Of a DNA stretch of 64,000 nt, positions 1 to 13,853 are shown piece after piece. Location of the stretch: contig NC_087436.1 of the NCBI RefSeq assembly GCF_036321535.1, positions 17,980,001 to 18,044,000 of the forward strand, written 5' to 3'. Position 1 is the stretch's first letter. Each line of letters opens with the position of its first letter. Both the position numbers and the translations under genes were made by a program. The notes under the pieces were generated by a model. The model searched no databases. It saw only the letters and a list, made by a program, of their open reading frames with translations, and had not been told where the DNA came from. The stretch comes from Camelus dromedarius. Lineage: Eukaryota.

Positions 1-29
1 AGTTTATGACATCTAATTGGAAATTAATA

Positions 30-218
30 CTGAATGCTGATTACGTCCCCAGTGCTGTGCCAGGCCTTTGGCTCAGTCCTCACACCGTGACGTGGGTACT
101 GTCCCCGTTTTCTGGGTGAGGAAACCAGGGCTCGGAGCTGCACATATTTGACTCATGATCCCACGTGGCTAGTGGGACACTGCTGTTTGAATTTAGCTCT
201 GTTTGCCCAGAGAGCCGT
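30..218 (-). mobile_element. MIR SINE
   Basis: Core 'ccccgttttctgggtgaggaaaccagggctcggag' in antisense. Confidence 0.65.
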
Positions 219-401
219 TTGGGGCTTGTAACCACCAGTAATTTCACCAGATCAGCTCTTGAAAGAGTGTATGGGCCAGACCCTAAATGGTTTAGGACCA
301 ACATTGAAACACTCACGGGGAACAGATTTCTCAGGGCAAAGAGCAATACCGACCGTGTTGATGAGAGAATAACTTAAAGTGTCAGCACTTTAGGTGAAAA
401 A

Positions 402-446
402 TGTGTGTGTGTGTGTGTGTGTGTTGTTATTGTTGTTATTGTTATT
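402..446. repeat. (TG)n followed by (GTT/ATT)n microsatellite
   Basis: Directly visible. Confidence 0.9.
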
Positions 447-3122
447 AGGGCATTTCTGATCAGTAATGGACTGGAGGAGGGAACACCCCTAGCCTTAGCG
501 TCCCTGGCAGAGTCAGTGTCTGGGAGTTCCCGGGCAGTCGCTCTCTCTAGATCTCCAAAATGTTCTCAGCCGGGTGTGATGAGACAGCCTTCTATCCAGG
601 GAATTCTGATACCAATTTTGGTCTGAGGATTCCCATAACAAAGTTAGTTCTTGCACATACCCACACAAGGAATTTGATCTTCTAAATAAATGGTTATAAA
701 TTGACTCAGCTTTTTCTGATACCTGTTTATATCTACTTGGGTCTTCTCTACAGCCCCTGTTCTGATATTATCCATATTATATGTGAATAATGTGTATTAT
801 ATGTAATATATTGTATTCGTTGGAAGAGGGTGTAAGTTTTTACTTATTACAATTCTGAGTTAAATAAACAACAGGAAAATGCTTGCCGTGACTTTGGATG
901 TTCTTATTTTGAGATTTTTTCAAGGTCTTGTAACCGTGAAGTTAATCGTTAACCTTGATTTATATCATGCATTCTTTCAAAAGCTCTAAATCAATATATG
1001 TTTTAGTGTTCTGTACAGCGATTACTGAATATCATCTCTGTATCTTACCTGTCACAGCTCTGGTGTCTAGAAGGCACTGAATATACTTTGAATCACTTGT
1101 TTCACAGAGTATATAAAATACGTTCTAAAACGTCATCTGTTGAATCCTAATTTTTATAGACTTTCGCCTGTCATAGCAGGATTAAGTTCCATTGCTCAGT
1201 GTCAGGCAGTAGCCCTGACTAAGCCAGAGACCTGTCAGAGCTACACTTGGGAGCTGGACAAGAACTCAGCTGTTTGGCTGTTTTTTGTTTTTTTTTTAAA
1301 GACCTTGTTAAAATTCTCTCTATTCTGATCCCTCACCCTCATGCAAACCACAGTCTAAGGGAAATCTCATACCCTGGCCGCCAAACTGGAATGGATCACT
1401 CTGGCCTGCTCCCATGGTTGGACAGGGAGTGGGGGAACTAGTTTGTTTTTATATGTGAGTCCTACTTTCCAACTTTATAAATCAGGAAAGCAAAATGTCT
1501 AAAATTCTGGGATTTTCTATTTTAGAAATGTGTTGTGTATTATAATGAGGGCTTTAGCAATGTTAACATGGCATTTTATGTCTGTCTTCTTAAAATATGG
1601 TTATATAAAGCAACAGATACTTAGTGGGCATTAGTATATGCCAGACAGCATTTCACTTATAAACCATGAGAGGTGCATCTAGAACCAGAGTAACAGATTT
1701 CTTTTCACAGAGAATATCAGGATGACAGCTGATTGTACATGAAGCAAGGAGTTTACTCTTTCTGTGCTATAAATGGCGTCCAGAAATAGTGGTGACAGAG
1801 TGTAATAAAGACCAAAAGAAGAAAGACTTAGAAAACCAGGAAGGTCATAGGAAAGTATAAGAAAGAAAATTAAGGCTACTCCAAACAAAGGAAAGAAATT
1901 ACCTAGAAATAAATACTACATCGTAAAGCTGAGCACAGCAGTGCTACTGAGGGTCTGCTCAATGGTAAACTAATGTTTTGAAAAGATTTTAAGAAATTAA
2001 GGAAAAAGTAACTAAATATCACTGATCATAGAGTTTAAAAGTCAGATAAGAAAAGGCAGGCAGAGCTGCTTCACGATATGTAAATATACAGGTGAGAATG
2101 GAATAAAAGGTAATGCTTGTAGAAGAGAATTGGATTTCGTTGACTGATGTTCGGTGGCCTACTGAAATATTGACAGTCACAGGAAAAGAGGGGAATGCTT
2201 TTCAAGCCCCAAAGCTGAGATCAACAACAATAATACATATGAAAACAATATGCATAGCCATCCCCAAGACAGATTTTTATCTCCTAAAACATAAGCAAAG
2301 AGACATTTTTGGAAAATAGTACATCAAAAGGCTAAACTCTCCATGTCATCCATAATTTTTTCCTTGTCGCAAACTAGTTTAGATGAGTAAAAACCTTCTT
2401 GAAATTGTTAGGAAAAAAAATTCTAAGCCATAATCTAGTTACAGTTTTATAATTAGCCAGGGGGGAAATAAAATACTAAAATCAAAGAGAGCATGTTTTC
2501 TTGGCCTTTAAATAATGTTGACCATTCATTTTAATTAACAAATAGAATAAAGAGCATATGTCAGTCTAAAAAGCTGATGTGGTAACTTGTACCATCCTGC
2601 AGTAAAAATGCTAATTTCCTCGATACGGTTTGTAAGTGGGCAAGTCCTGAAGGCAGATTCATATACCAAATTGAATGAAAGGAAATAAATAATACAGAGA
2701 TGATCAAAATCATTGTATTGCTCATTCTGATGGGTTATTGTAAATCCAAACATGAAAATATTTTGCAAAGACAGAGCGCAGAAGATGACCATCCCGTCTT
2801 GAAGTCAGTGAACCTCCGAGTTTTCAAAATACTGCATTTTGACCATGTAAGGGCGGGAAGTACCAGCAAGAATGATAAACTTGAACCTGTTAGAGACGTG
2901 TTTGAAATCTGGAACTGGTATTTACCGGATCGATATGCTCCAGGCTCATCCATGACGGTAGTTAAGCCATTACTTGCATTCAGAGGACATGGGTCATTTC
3001 AAGTATATGTACCTTCAAAACCAGGAAAATATGGAATAAACGTTTGTGTTATGTTTAAGTTCAAATGAAAAGTTTTAATGCAGTTGTCTTTCACTGGGCC
3101 CAGATGGTGGGTGGTGGTAACT

Positions 3123-4074
3123 CTTGGTTGTCTGTTGTGGCATATCAGATTACTTCAAAACTTCGTGGCTTGAAACGACGTTTATTATCGTGTGTTTTCT
3201 GGAGATCAGGAATTTAAGAGCAACTTAGTGAGGTCCTTTGCTTTAGGGTCTGTTATAGGCTGAATTGTGTCCTGCCCAAAATTCATACGTGGAAATACTC
3301 ATCTTCAGTGCCTCAGAATGTTACTATATTTACAGAGAAGGTTTTTAAAGAAGTAATTCAGTTACAGTGAAGCAAATGAGGATGAGTTCTAATCCAGTAT
3401 GACTGATGTCTTTGTAAGGGGGGGAATTTGGACACAAATGTGTGTGCAGAGGAAAGATCATGTGATGACAACAGAGAGAAGGTGGCCACCTACAAGCTGA
3501 GCAGAGAGGCCTCAGCAAACACCAGAGCTACTCACCCCTTGGTCCCGTACTCCTAGCCTCCAGGATTGTGAGAAAGTGTGCAGTTGTTTAAGCCACACAC
3601 TGAGTCTGTGGTGCTTTGTGATGGCAGCCCTAACTCACTAACGCAGGATCTCTTAGGCTGCAGCCACCCGAAGGCTCGACTGGGGAAGGATCCATGTCTA
3701 AGCACACTGCCGGGGCAGTTGGCAGGATTCACTTCTTTGCAGGCTCTTCAACTGGGTCCCCAGTTCCTCATAAGCTGTTGTTCTGAGGCCATGTGGATCT
3801 CCAAAGGGCAGCTTCCTTGCCACATGGTGGCCCACTTTATCAGAGCCAGCAAGCAAGAAAGGGAAAGACCCAGAGAGGAGCTGGGAGTCCGGAAATCTTA
3901 ATCTTTTATAATCCCATCTCCAAAGTGACATCTCATCACTTGTGCTGTATTCTGATGGTCGGAAGTGCCGTGTGTCTCTAGGTCCAGCCCAGCGCTCGAG
4001 GGGAGGGGATTATGCAGGGGCTGAACACCAGGAGACAGGGCTCACTGGGGGCATCTTAGAGGCGGCCTACCATA
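3123..4074 (-). mobile_element. MaLR solo LTR (MLT1F/E-like), split by a second LTR
   Basis: 'ttacttcaaaacttcgtggcttgaaacgacgtttattatc' through 'gggggcatcttagaggcggcctaccata', typical of an antisense MLT1. Confidence 0.7.
3251..3645 (+). mobile_element. MaLR solo LTR (MLT1B-like), nested
   Basis: TG...CA termini (tgttataggctgaattgtgtcc ... ggcagccctaactcactaacgca); 5-bp TSD gggtc (3246-3250) / ggatc (3646-3650). Confidence 0.8.
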
Positions 4075-7000
4075 CCTGGTTGTCTGAGGGTTTTAGAATC
4101 TTCATAAGTGTATATTTGCCATTAATTTTATTTGTATGATTAAAAAAAAAATCAGACCATGGGTAGAGACCCATCACACAGTAATGACTATATGTAATTT
4201 ATAAATCATCTATTCTTTATAGTGATTAGTGAGTCATTTTGATATTTTAAAAATTTGCTTTAATTGGATTATATAACTTTCATGTACAAAAGTAGCAACC
4301 TGTGTATAGTTTTAACTTTTAACTTGTGTCTTCGAAAGAGGTTTAAGCATATTAGGGCCAGTAAATGCCAATAGGCATTGCATATGCCATATATTTAAAA
4401 AAAATTTTTAATGAAATCTGTCTAATGTATAGAAAGTGACCTACATTGCATACTCATCACCAGGGTTTAATAGTTGTTGACTGTCATGTTTGTGTCACCT
4501 TTTTGTGAGCTGCAAGTATATTAAAAGTAAAATTATAGACATTATGGCTTTTCATCTATATTTTAGTACTCAGCTTTTTAAAAAAGCATGTTTTGCCACA
4601 TAACAAGTATTGCAGTACTATGTAACAATTATTGCATAGATAGTTTATATTTAAAATTTCCTTGGATGTCTCAACACTGCCTTTTTATAGCTGACTTCTT
4701 CAGACCAGGATCCAGTCAAGAACCACTATTCCATCTGGTTTTTATGTCTTGTAAGTTTCTTTCTAGAGACCCCTCTTTTACCCTCATTTCTTTTTCTGTA
4801 CATTGATTCGTCAAAGAATGGGACATATTTTAAATCATGCTTTTTTCTTTTTCCCAAACATTCCTTCCTTTAGTGCTAAAGTTATTTATTCATATCAGAG
4901 CCTTGCACTAGAAGCCTGCTATGTTAAGAAGAAAGCATAAAATAGTTAAAATAGAGCCGTGCACTCTGATTTAGGCAGCACAGAGAGACCTGTCTCCCCA
5001 AGCCACCCCATCCCTACTCCTCGCCACCCTTCTGGCTGAACGTCTGTGTTTGGCACAATTTGAAGCTCAGGATTTTAGATCATGGATGGTGGAGACTGAA
5101 AGACGGAGTAGGAAGAGAAGAAAGGAGCAGACAGAGTGAACAAGAGAGAAAGAGGAAGGCAGCGGGGCAGAATGCAACTCTCACAACTTTTTCTGTGCTC
5201 CCGAGCAGCTGGCTGGTACCCAGGAGCCATGTGCTGAATGGGGGATGAAGCCAAGTTGACTGAGGGGCCACTTGTTGGCATTGATGCTACAAGCCAACCT
5301 CTTCCTGATTATTCCTGCTAGAATGACAGCTCCACGTGGGCAGTGCCTAGAACAATGCCTGGCACTTAAGCATGCTCAATTAATGTTGGCTCAATACTTA
5401 TAGCTATAAATGAATTACGAAAGAACTAGTGTTTACAGAGCACCTATTTCATATCAGTTATGCTGCATGCTGTTCACAGAATTAATAAGATCCATGTATT
5501 ACTTGATCCTTATGAGGTAGGTGTTACTGTTACCAACTTCCAAAGAATTTGAGCTATGGGGAAATGTGAATTTGCCTTAAATTATTCAAACCAAGGTCCA
5601 GCAAATTCTCAAATACCCATGACTGGCTTTAGGGGGACAGGAGATAGCCAGGTGAACTGGATTTTAATTTCAGCTTTTCTTCATGCTGTTTACAGACTGT
5701 TTGCTTTTATGGAAATCATTTTGGTTTTTGGTTCTTCAGTCCCTTTGTGAAAAATGTAGGTAATTAAATCTGTCTTCAGGGGTCAGTTATGGCGGTAAAT
5801 TTGATATCAGGAAGCAAAACTGTTTTAGGAAAAAATTCAAGCTCTCCCCCAAGATCCCAGTCACTCTATATTACAGTGTTTAACATGTGGTTGGCACTTT
5901 TAAATTTTTTGTCTGACGTTAATAACTTCTGAATGACAGAGTGTATACATGTCATTTTGCGCATGCTATTATGTTCTTGTGGGACTGTGTAACCAAATCC
6001 ATGATACACTTTTCCAGGAGTTACTGTGTATAAAGAATATTGACAACACACACCCGAGGAACTATGAAATATTTGATACTGGAACTTAGTTGACCGGAAT
6101 AGTAAACTGAAGTGCAAATAATACTACCCCTGATTGTTTTATCATGTAGTTTTCTTTTACTGGTATTTGCCATAATAGCATCTGAATTTTTGAAGTATAG
6201 TCATTTTATAGGAAAACTTTGATAGTTTAAGTTGGCAATTCCAAATCAGCCCACGCATTGTGTTCACGAAAGTGTTCTTCCAAAAATAAATGAGTAGGCT
6301 GGCATTGTGTTTTAAACATCACGCTAATTTTGGTTAATTATATAAATCTAAAAGCCATGGGCAAGGCAGCAATTCAGTCTTACTAGCTGATGATCAGTGA
6401 AATTGTAAGACAGCTTGCTGAATGATGTCCATCACGCTAATAACCTGAATGCATTGTGTCCAAAAGGACAGTGCCTGGCAGAGCATCAGATAGGAAGCCT
6501 TCCCAGTGCTTTAATAAGGGGCTTGTGAAAGCTTGCAAAAGGGTATGAAGTTAGAAACAGTAGTAACAGCTCTGATCGGAATTCAAAAACATTCGAGGAG
6601 GGAAAAAAATGGTCACCGTGCATAGCTAATAATTCCGTTAGATAATGGAAAGCTGGCTCGAGCAGCCTCGTGGGCCATCCCTGACTTGCTCCTTATCTCT
6701 CGGTTTTGTTTAAATAAAATGAGAGTGCTACATTATGTGGGGCTTTCATTTAAATGAGTTGAAATTAGCATTCTGCCACCAGCGAGCAGGAAATACAGAT
6801 GCAGAATAAGAATGTGGTTACGGGCAGGAGAGTTTGGAGCACTTGATTCTCTAACTACGTTCCCATTCAGAAAAGAATTATGACTCCCTTTGTACACAAT
6901 TGTAAAGCAATAATGGGCAGAAACGATGTTACGAGATTTTTGCTGTAACTGCGTTCAGTTGGTGGATTTAGGTTGATACCTGTAAAACAAGAGGATGAAT

Positions 7001-7348
7001 TTATTAAAATTCTTTCATGGCAGGACACAGATTTCTTTAACCCCGTATTCCATCTCATCCCTGGAAAAGGCTGTATGCACCATTGAGAAAACATCCTTGG
7101 ACTTGACTTGCAGAATTTCCTCATCTTAGGTGAATGACCTGTGGTCACCTCTCAGATTTATTCAGGAAGGAGGTCCTTCTCTCTCTCATCCAGATTTGTA
7201 GGAAGAGCCAAGAATGACTGTTCAGGCTACTTTATTTCACGAGATAATAGATTTGATTGAACTTTCCTTTTTTCCGTGACCATATATGGTCATGGTGAAG
7301 GTCCATATCATTATTTGTAGAAGTGAATCACAGAGAATTTTTATTCCT

Positions 7349-7401
7349 TTTTTTTTCAACATTTTTTATTGAGTTGTAGTCATTTTACAATGTTGTATGA
7401 A
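7349..7401 (-). mobile_element. Very short 5'-truncated L1 3' end
   Basis: Matches the 3' terminus of the full-length L1 (aacattttttattga...tcattttacaatgttgt); perfect 17-bp TSD agagaatttttattcct at 7332-7348 and 7402-7418. Confidence 0.85.
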
Positions 7402-8514
7402 AGAGAATTTTTATTCCTGTAGAACCTAAACAGTTGATTCATATAGTCAGATTGTTTTCTTCGGCTTTGTACAACCGGATTGTTACTGGCCTGTACATCT
7501 GTGAGCAGTCAAATGGAGGTACTCAAGAAGACAGACAGACTTAAAAGCCATTCACAGTAGTTGAGTTTTTTTAAAGTGATTCCTGGTTTGCTCCGTGACT
7601 ATTATCAACTGTCTTTATAATGTTACACTATCTTAACAGTTGAGCATAGCCAGGAAAACTGTATTCCTGCTTCTTGTGGTCTTTTCATAGAGTTTGGACT
7701 CCCAGCAGAAATTTAAATGGCAGAATTATTTGGGCCACACACCCAGGCTTGCCCTGCAGTGTCACTTTAGATAAAGCAAAAATTTTCCCATTCTCCCTGT
7801 TTGACCCATTGCTTCCCAGCATTCCTAGTCATATGTTAATTATAAAACAAATGATGTATAAAATTTATTTTTAATCATTTTAAACAAGTGTGGTAAAATC
7901 ATTCTTTGAATACAACTAGCATGTTAATGTGTTCCTCTAGAATAAATTCCGTGAAAGATACACGTGTTTTAGAGCACGCTGTATGTGTGAAATAGAGGGA
8001 GAGAAAGTGTATGAGGAAGCATCAGGCTCCTTGTGATGCGCTGCGTTTGACTGTGACTGAGGTTTATATGTGACTGATACCCTGTCCTGTCTCCCCACGT
8101 GGGGCACGGCAAAGCAGCTGCAGGATGTGGCCACGGAGGGAGTTTTTAATTTCAGAAGATGAAGTGTACTTCCTGTCCTGCCTTCTCTCTAGACCAGGCT
8201 TGTTGCTTCTCTCATTGGCATCACTAGAATCTGCACAACTTCAGCCTCATCCTTCAGGGAGGGTGGGTTTTTCTTCATGATCCAAGTTACAGTTTAGAAA
8301 GCCCTTCCTTCTTGGAGCAGAAAACATCCTGGGCCCTGGTCTCGTCTAGTATCCTCAGTCACTTTTTTGCACTGAAATAAACGCATGACAGTGCTGGAGT
8401 GGGACTCCCAGAGCTGCTGCAGCTCACATCGGGAGATCCGGGCTCTCCTGGGAATGAGCTTGATGTTGTACGATCCAGAGAGATGTCAAGAGAGCACTGG
8501 CTTACAAATCCTCC

Positions 8515-8715
8515 TAGCCAGGGTTCAAGTCTGCCTCTCCTAGGTACCCGCTGTGTAACCACAGGGTAGTTACATTTCGCGTTTTCTGGGCTTGAGTTTT
8601 TCATCTATAAAATGAGAACAGTTGTCTGTAGCAAGCAGACTTGTCTGTAGAGTTAAATAGAAGAATGCACGGAAAGACTCTAGCCCCTCAGCGCGTTTAT
8701 GTTCAGCACGTGTTC
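8515..8715 (+). mobile_element. MIR SINE
   Basis: gggttcaagtctgcctctcc...gctgtgtaacc...agtttttcatctataaaatgag. Confidence 0.65.
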
Positions 8716-10604
8716 ATTTCCTTCCTCCTCCCCTTGAAGGTCAGGAGGTTTGGACAGTGGCCTGGGATTCCGCTGCTGTGAGCCAGTGTGCCATCTGATG
8801 GCAGAAGGCGCTCACTGGAGCACAGCATCAAATAAGGCTGGGCTCACAAGGTAGACAGTCGTGAATCTGTTCACCTTCCTTGCGGTCAGAAGGCAGGAAC
8901 AGGAAGATGCTTGACAGCAAGATGGACTAGCAGGAGCCCTTAGAGGCAATAACCTGAAAGTACTTATTCACTTACCTGATTGTTATGAAAAGGAACACAC
9001 CTACTACTCTTCTAGGGAAAAGTAAAGGTCTCTGGGCAGTACTGGACTTGATTCTGCCACGACCTAGCTATGAAGACGTGTTCAGCATCCTTTGCTTCAC
9101 TTATTCATGCTTTTATGTCAGCAAACATGCGTTGATGTCAGCCTTTTGCTGGGGACCCAAAGACTGGAAAGTCAGGCTGTCCTCTCGTGGTGTCATCAGG
9201 CTCATGGACATGTATATGCAGGGAAGAACCCGGACGACTAAGTGTCAGCAGAGGTGCATCCACACTGAACCCTCCTCAGTGCCCTGTCCCTTCCCTCTGA
9301 CATTGTCCCGTCCTTTCTTCTGTCGTTGTCTCTCATGTGATAGAAGATCAATAAAAATACTTCCTAACGTGAATGTATTGGTATGGGAACACCTTGGAAG
9401 TAGTCATCGCTCATGTGGGTAGAGATGGACTGGTAACCGTCCTCACCCTCAGTTGTCTTGTATGTGACAGGAAGGGGTTCATGTGCTTTTGAATTTCTGT
9501 TCCTACTGTTGAAAATCGAATAATGATTTACCAGCAACTGATGTAATCAAATATGAATTAATGAACTAAGTTATTTGTTGCTCAAGCAGCAGTTATGAAT
9601 TAACCAAGATCTGAATTACAAGTTGCTGTTTTTATTGTCATAGAGTGCATAATTTTTTAGCACTTTTCTTCTATGCTCTGTAAGTGGAGAGAAATTTTAA
9701 GTGCCTTCTGCCAGTTGCATTGCAAAAAGAGCCAGATAAGGAACTGAATGTCTGGCTAGATAAGCTGTTCAGCTGAAAAACAATGATCATCTGAGCTTGA
9801 GATTGTTAATACTTCTGAAATTTCTTGATAGTTCTTTGAGAAATCCTAAAATATAACAGTTGTCAGTAGAACTCATGATGGGGGAAGAACACAGAGAGTT
9901 CTTGGGGTCACAGTCACCCTTGTGTTTCCCTTATTGATGGATTCTTTACAAAAATATTCCTTGGCACAAAGGAAACACTATTTATTGATCCTAAGTGTTA
10001 TAAACCTGGCATCATTTATTGAAAAGTTTAGTATTCTTTTGAAAAAGCTCATCAATTTTGTAATGTCCTTTCTGTAGAAATAAGACTGACTGGTGGTACT
10101 TACATTCTTGTGATCCTTTCAGTTATGTGTAATGACTAGAACTGGCTTACCTGAACTGGCTCACTAAAACTGGCATATTCTTAAGTAAGGTCATTTTAAA
10201 TTTTATTTACTTTTCCTTCAGTTATCATCTTCCTTCACATGCTCTTCTCTTTAAGGTGATCCAGTTATTCTGATTGTTTCCTTCTTTCACGCGCTGTGTG
10301 TTTGCACTTGCAGCACACAGAGTATTTAAATAATTTTTTTCTTAGAGTTTGCTAGGTGTGATTTTTTTTTCTCAGCTCTGTTTCCTTCCTTGCCCTTCTA
10401 ACATCATCTCACACTTTCTTAGTTGTTTTCTGTTCCTTACATTCCCTACAGAGTCCTGCAGCCCTCAGCCTTCCAGACCATCCTCTTGGCTTCTCTCCTC
10501 ATTGTAAATTCCACTCTTCTGTTACTGTCATCTTTCACTCATGCCCATCTTGTGTTCCTGCCTTGCTGTTCGGTCTTTTCACCTACCCCAGTCTTTCCTT
10601 GACT

Positions 10605-10922
10605 ATTTTTCTTATTGAGGTACAGTTTATAATGTTGTATAAATGTCTGGTGTACAGCATAATGTTTTAATCATACATGTGCGTAAATATATTCCTTTTC
10701 ATATTCTTTTTCATTATAGGTCACTACAAGATAATGAATATAGTTTTCTATGCTATATAGTATAATTTTTTTTATCTGCTTTATATGTAATAGTTAGTAT
10801 CTGCAGATCTCTTTAACTCCCAATTTATCTCTTCCCACCCCCTTCTCCGTGCCTGGTAACCATAAGTTTGTTTTCTGTGTCTATGTGTCTGTTTCTGTTT
10901 TGTAAGGACGTTCGTTTGTATC
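10605..10922 (-). mobile_element. 5'-truncated L1 3'UTR
   Basis: L1 3'UTR sequence; 12-bp TSD ctttccttgact at 10593-10604 and 10923-10934. Confidence 0.85.
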
Positions 10923-13822
10923 CTTTCCTTGACTTTTATTTTCCTTCTCTCATCACCACTCTTGGAACTCTTTAGATTATTTTTGCCAAATGAGTTTCGG
11001 GCAATTTCCTGGTATTTCTGTTCCTTCGGTTATGTACACCCACTGTGTATGCACACGCACATACACACTGTTTAATTTGGGGCTTTCTGCTTTGTTTCCT
11101 TGCTCCTTCCCAGCAGGAACTTTGTCACCATCCTCTCTGTATTCTGTGAACCTGCTCAGTGCATGTTTGTTGAAGGGATAGCCTATTTGACTTTTCTACT
11201 TTTATCCCGACTGCACATACTTTTATACTGTAATATATATTAGGCTTGCCTGCAGTATTTATCGTGAACACTTTTTCTCCTAACATTCCTGTTATATAAA
11301 GTGGTTCTATTTTTAATTGTTGTCTGAGCCGACCATGTAGTAAACAAATAATCGAAGAGAGATACTCAGAGAAGTTAACGAAAATGTATACGTGTTAAAA
11401 TCTTACCTGTACTTCCAGGCCCACCTCAGGTTATTACTCTACTGCCTCTAAAATGAACTAATCTTGTTCTGTTTTGTTTCTATGACACCATTTCTATAAA
11501 TGTTATAACACGAATAAATATTACATATGATCATCTTTACATACATTTGGGCTTCTCTATTAGTTCCCTGAAAGGATGGGAATCATCTTCCCATCTCCCA
11601 AAACATGTAGCACGATGCCCTGCACAGCAGAGATTCTTGCTGAGTATTTGTTAGACTGAATTGAGCAGTACAAAGAGCACCGAAGATGAAAATTCAGGGC
11701 GTAGACACTGAACCAGGTCTCTTCATAAGGCACAGGGCAGTGGAGTCTAGGGCATAGCTGGAACTTAAATTGAGAAAGCACAAAGTATAGGAAATATCTG
11801 CAAAAACATTGATTTTTGAAGCTTAAAAGTACATAAGGATTTGAATGTTTTGCAGTTGAATTTTTTTAATCATGAAGGAGAAAATGTAAATAAAAACATT
11901 CATTAATGACTGAAAGTATGTAAATGTACAAAAAGTGTTCCATTTTTATATTAGGAAAGAACATAGAATCATAATTTATAGAATCATAGAATGTACTCAG
12001 CTGTGCTTGAATTAATTGGAACTTTTGTTTCAATGAAATGTAGTTAACTGTAGTTCAGCAGTTATCCCTGCACTTTCATATAACCAGGGCCACTAGTTTT
12101 ATAGAAGAAAACTAAAAATGCTTTCTCTCATCTTTCACCCACCCTTTTCCCCAATGGGGTTAACTAACCAGCATCATGGTCTCCTCTCCTTTGGGGATTG
12201 TAATTAAACAACGGGGTAAAATTAAAAAACAGAGGGAACGTCAAAGCCATGACAGCTTGAATTTAGAGAGCAGGGGAGCAGGAAAGAATGAAGTACCAGA
12301 GGGAGGCGAAGGGATGCCAGAGGCGGAGTGGAGTGCTCAAGGAAGTGGCTCCCACAGGTGCTTGCAGCTCTGGCCCGAGGACCCCGGGGGGTCTGGGACT
12401 TAGTTTCTGTTTCTGCTCGATGCTTTCCCCAACTAGCCTTCACCCCATCTGTCAAACACATTTCAGTAATCAAAAATTAGCACAAAAGGGGAATTAATGC
12501 ATATGAGTCTGTTTCCCTTCTCTTAATACGTGTTTACCAGAGAAAATACCATGCACATGCATCTGCTCTAAAACAATTAATTCTGTTTCGTGATACACTG
12601 GGCCAGAAAGCCCTGTCCTATTCTTATCATTTCTAAGTACACTGGGTTTTTCTTTACTATAATTGGCCTTCTTTTTGGTCTTGCTCCTAACTTTCCATGT
12701 TAACCCTTCCAGGTGAACGGGTAACTGTCTTTATGAGCTGAAAACCTGTAGGGCAAGTCACTTTCATTTCTCCAGGGAAGGAGGCGCATGGTCATTCTTA
12801 CAGGAGTTAGCAAAAAGGGCACTTCGGGAAAATTGTGCGGATACACTATGCTTTAAAATTTCTTTGAACAGTTATTGAAAACTAGATTCATTCTCTCATA
12901 GGAGCTCAGTGAAATTCTGTTAAAGGATACGTTTATCTACTGTTGCTAAAAGATGCACTTTTCCTGATGTAAACAGATTATTTGAAGGTGAGAATAAGAT
13001 CTTTTTGTCAGTTTGAAGCTAAAATTACTACTTTACAAAATGTGCTAGGGAATGGAGGCAATCCTTGACTTGATTCAAGTTAAATTGTTAGTTCATCCTA
13101 CATCCTAAAGGGTAATAGGTGTATATAAAGTTGTCAACATGTACATTGCTTTCTTATAAATACTCTGAACCCCTCTGGTTGATACTCGTAGCTGGAAGGC
13201 TTAGGGCCTGGCCTTGCTCATATTTTACTTTTAAATTGTTAGTCATGAATTTTTAGGCTGTGGTCTTTCCTCTTCCCGTTAAGTCTTGGATAAAATGCAT
13301 GGTCTTCCAAGTTACAGCACCTCCACTAACATAAGAAAAGGAATTAGATATTGTGTTCATTTAGTGTTCTGTTCTCCACCAAGTTTTGGTCTAATGTAAT
13401 CACTTTTGTTTTGCTACTAATGATTTTTGAAACTTTTCCACCAGCATAATAGGGTAAAATTTAGCTATTTTGTAAGCCAAGAAGCCGGTCTTGACTTTTT
13501 TTTCCCTTCGCCCATACTTGGGTTGAAAATTCAAGATTTATTTCAAAGCCAAAATGTTAAAAAAAAAAAAAATGAGTAGTTTTCATTTTAAAGAATACAT
13601 ATTTTTATCTCTTTACATAGTAGTCTGAAATATAGTATTCTGCATGTGTTATCTATGGGTGAATATGTGTATTTTAAGTTTAAAAATTCAGTGTAGTTCT
13701 TAATGGATAAAATTTCTTAGGGATGTATTTCCTGACAAGGTCAAAAGAAAAATTGAGCTTTCTTGAATGGTGTAGTATCTGGGATGTGGTACGGGAGAAG
13801 AACCAGGTATTATCCAAAACTT

Positions 13823-13853
<31 letters not shown>

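Larger units (their letters stand above)
2620..4089 (+). mobile_element. piggyBac-family DNA transposon fossil (Looper-like), interrupted by MLT1 LTRs
   Basis: ORF 2700-3068 contains ILHFD..NDKLEPVRDVFE..YAPGSSMTVVKPLLAFRGHGSFQVYVPSKPGKYGINV, matching piggyBac transposase (LRFD..DKL.P.R..Y.PG..TVDE.L..FRG...YIPSKP.KYG.K). A likely right end 'cctggttgtctgaggg' resumes at 4075 after the LTRs. Confidence 0.8.

Noticed and set aside
2700..3068. Domesticated PGBD-type gene
   Set aside because: Only a fragment, catalytic DE motif lost, upstream part has stops and frameshifts.
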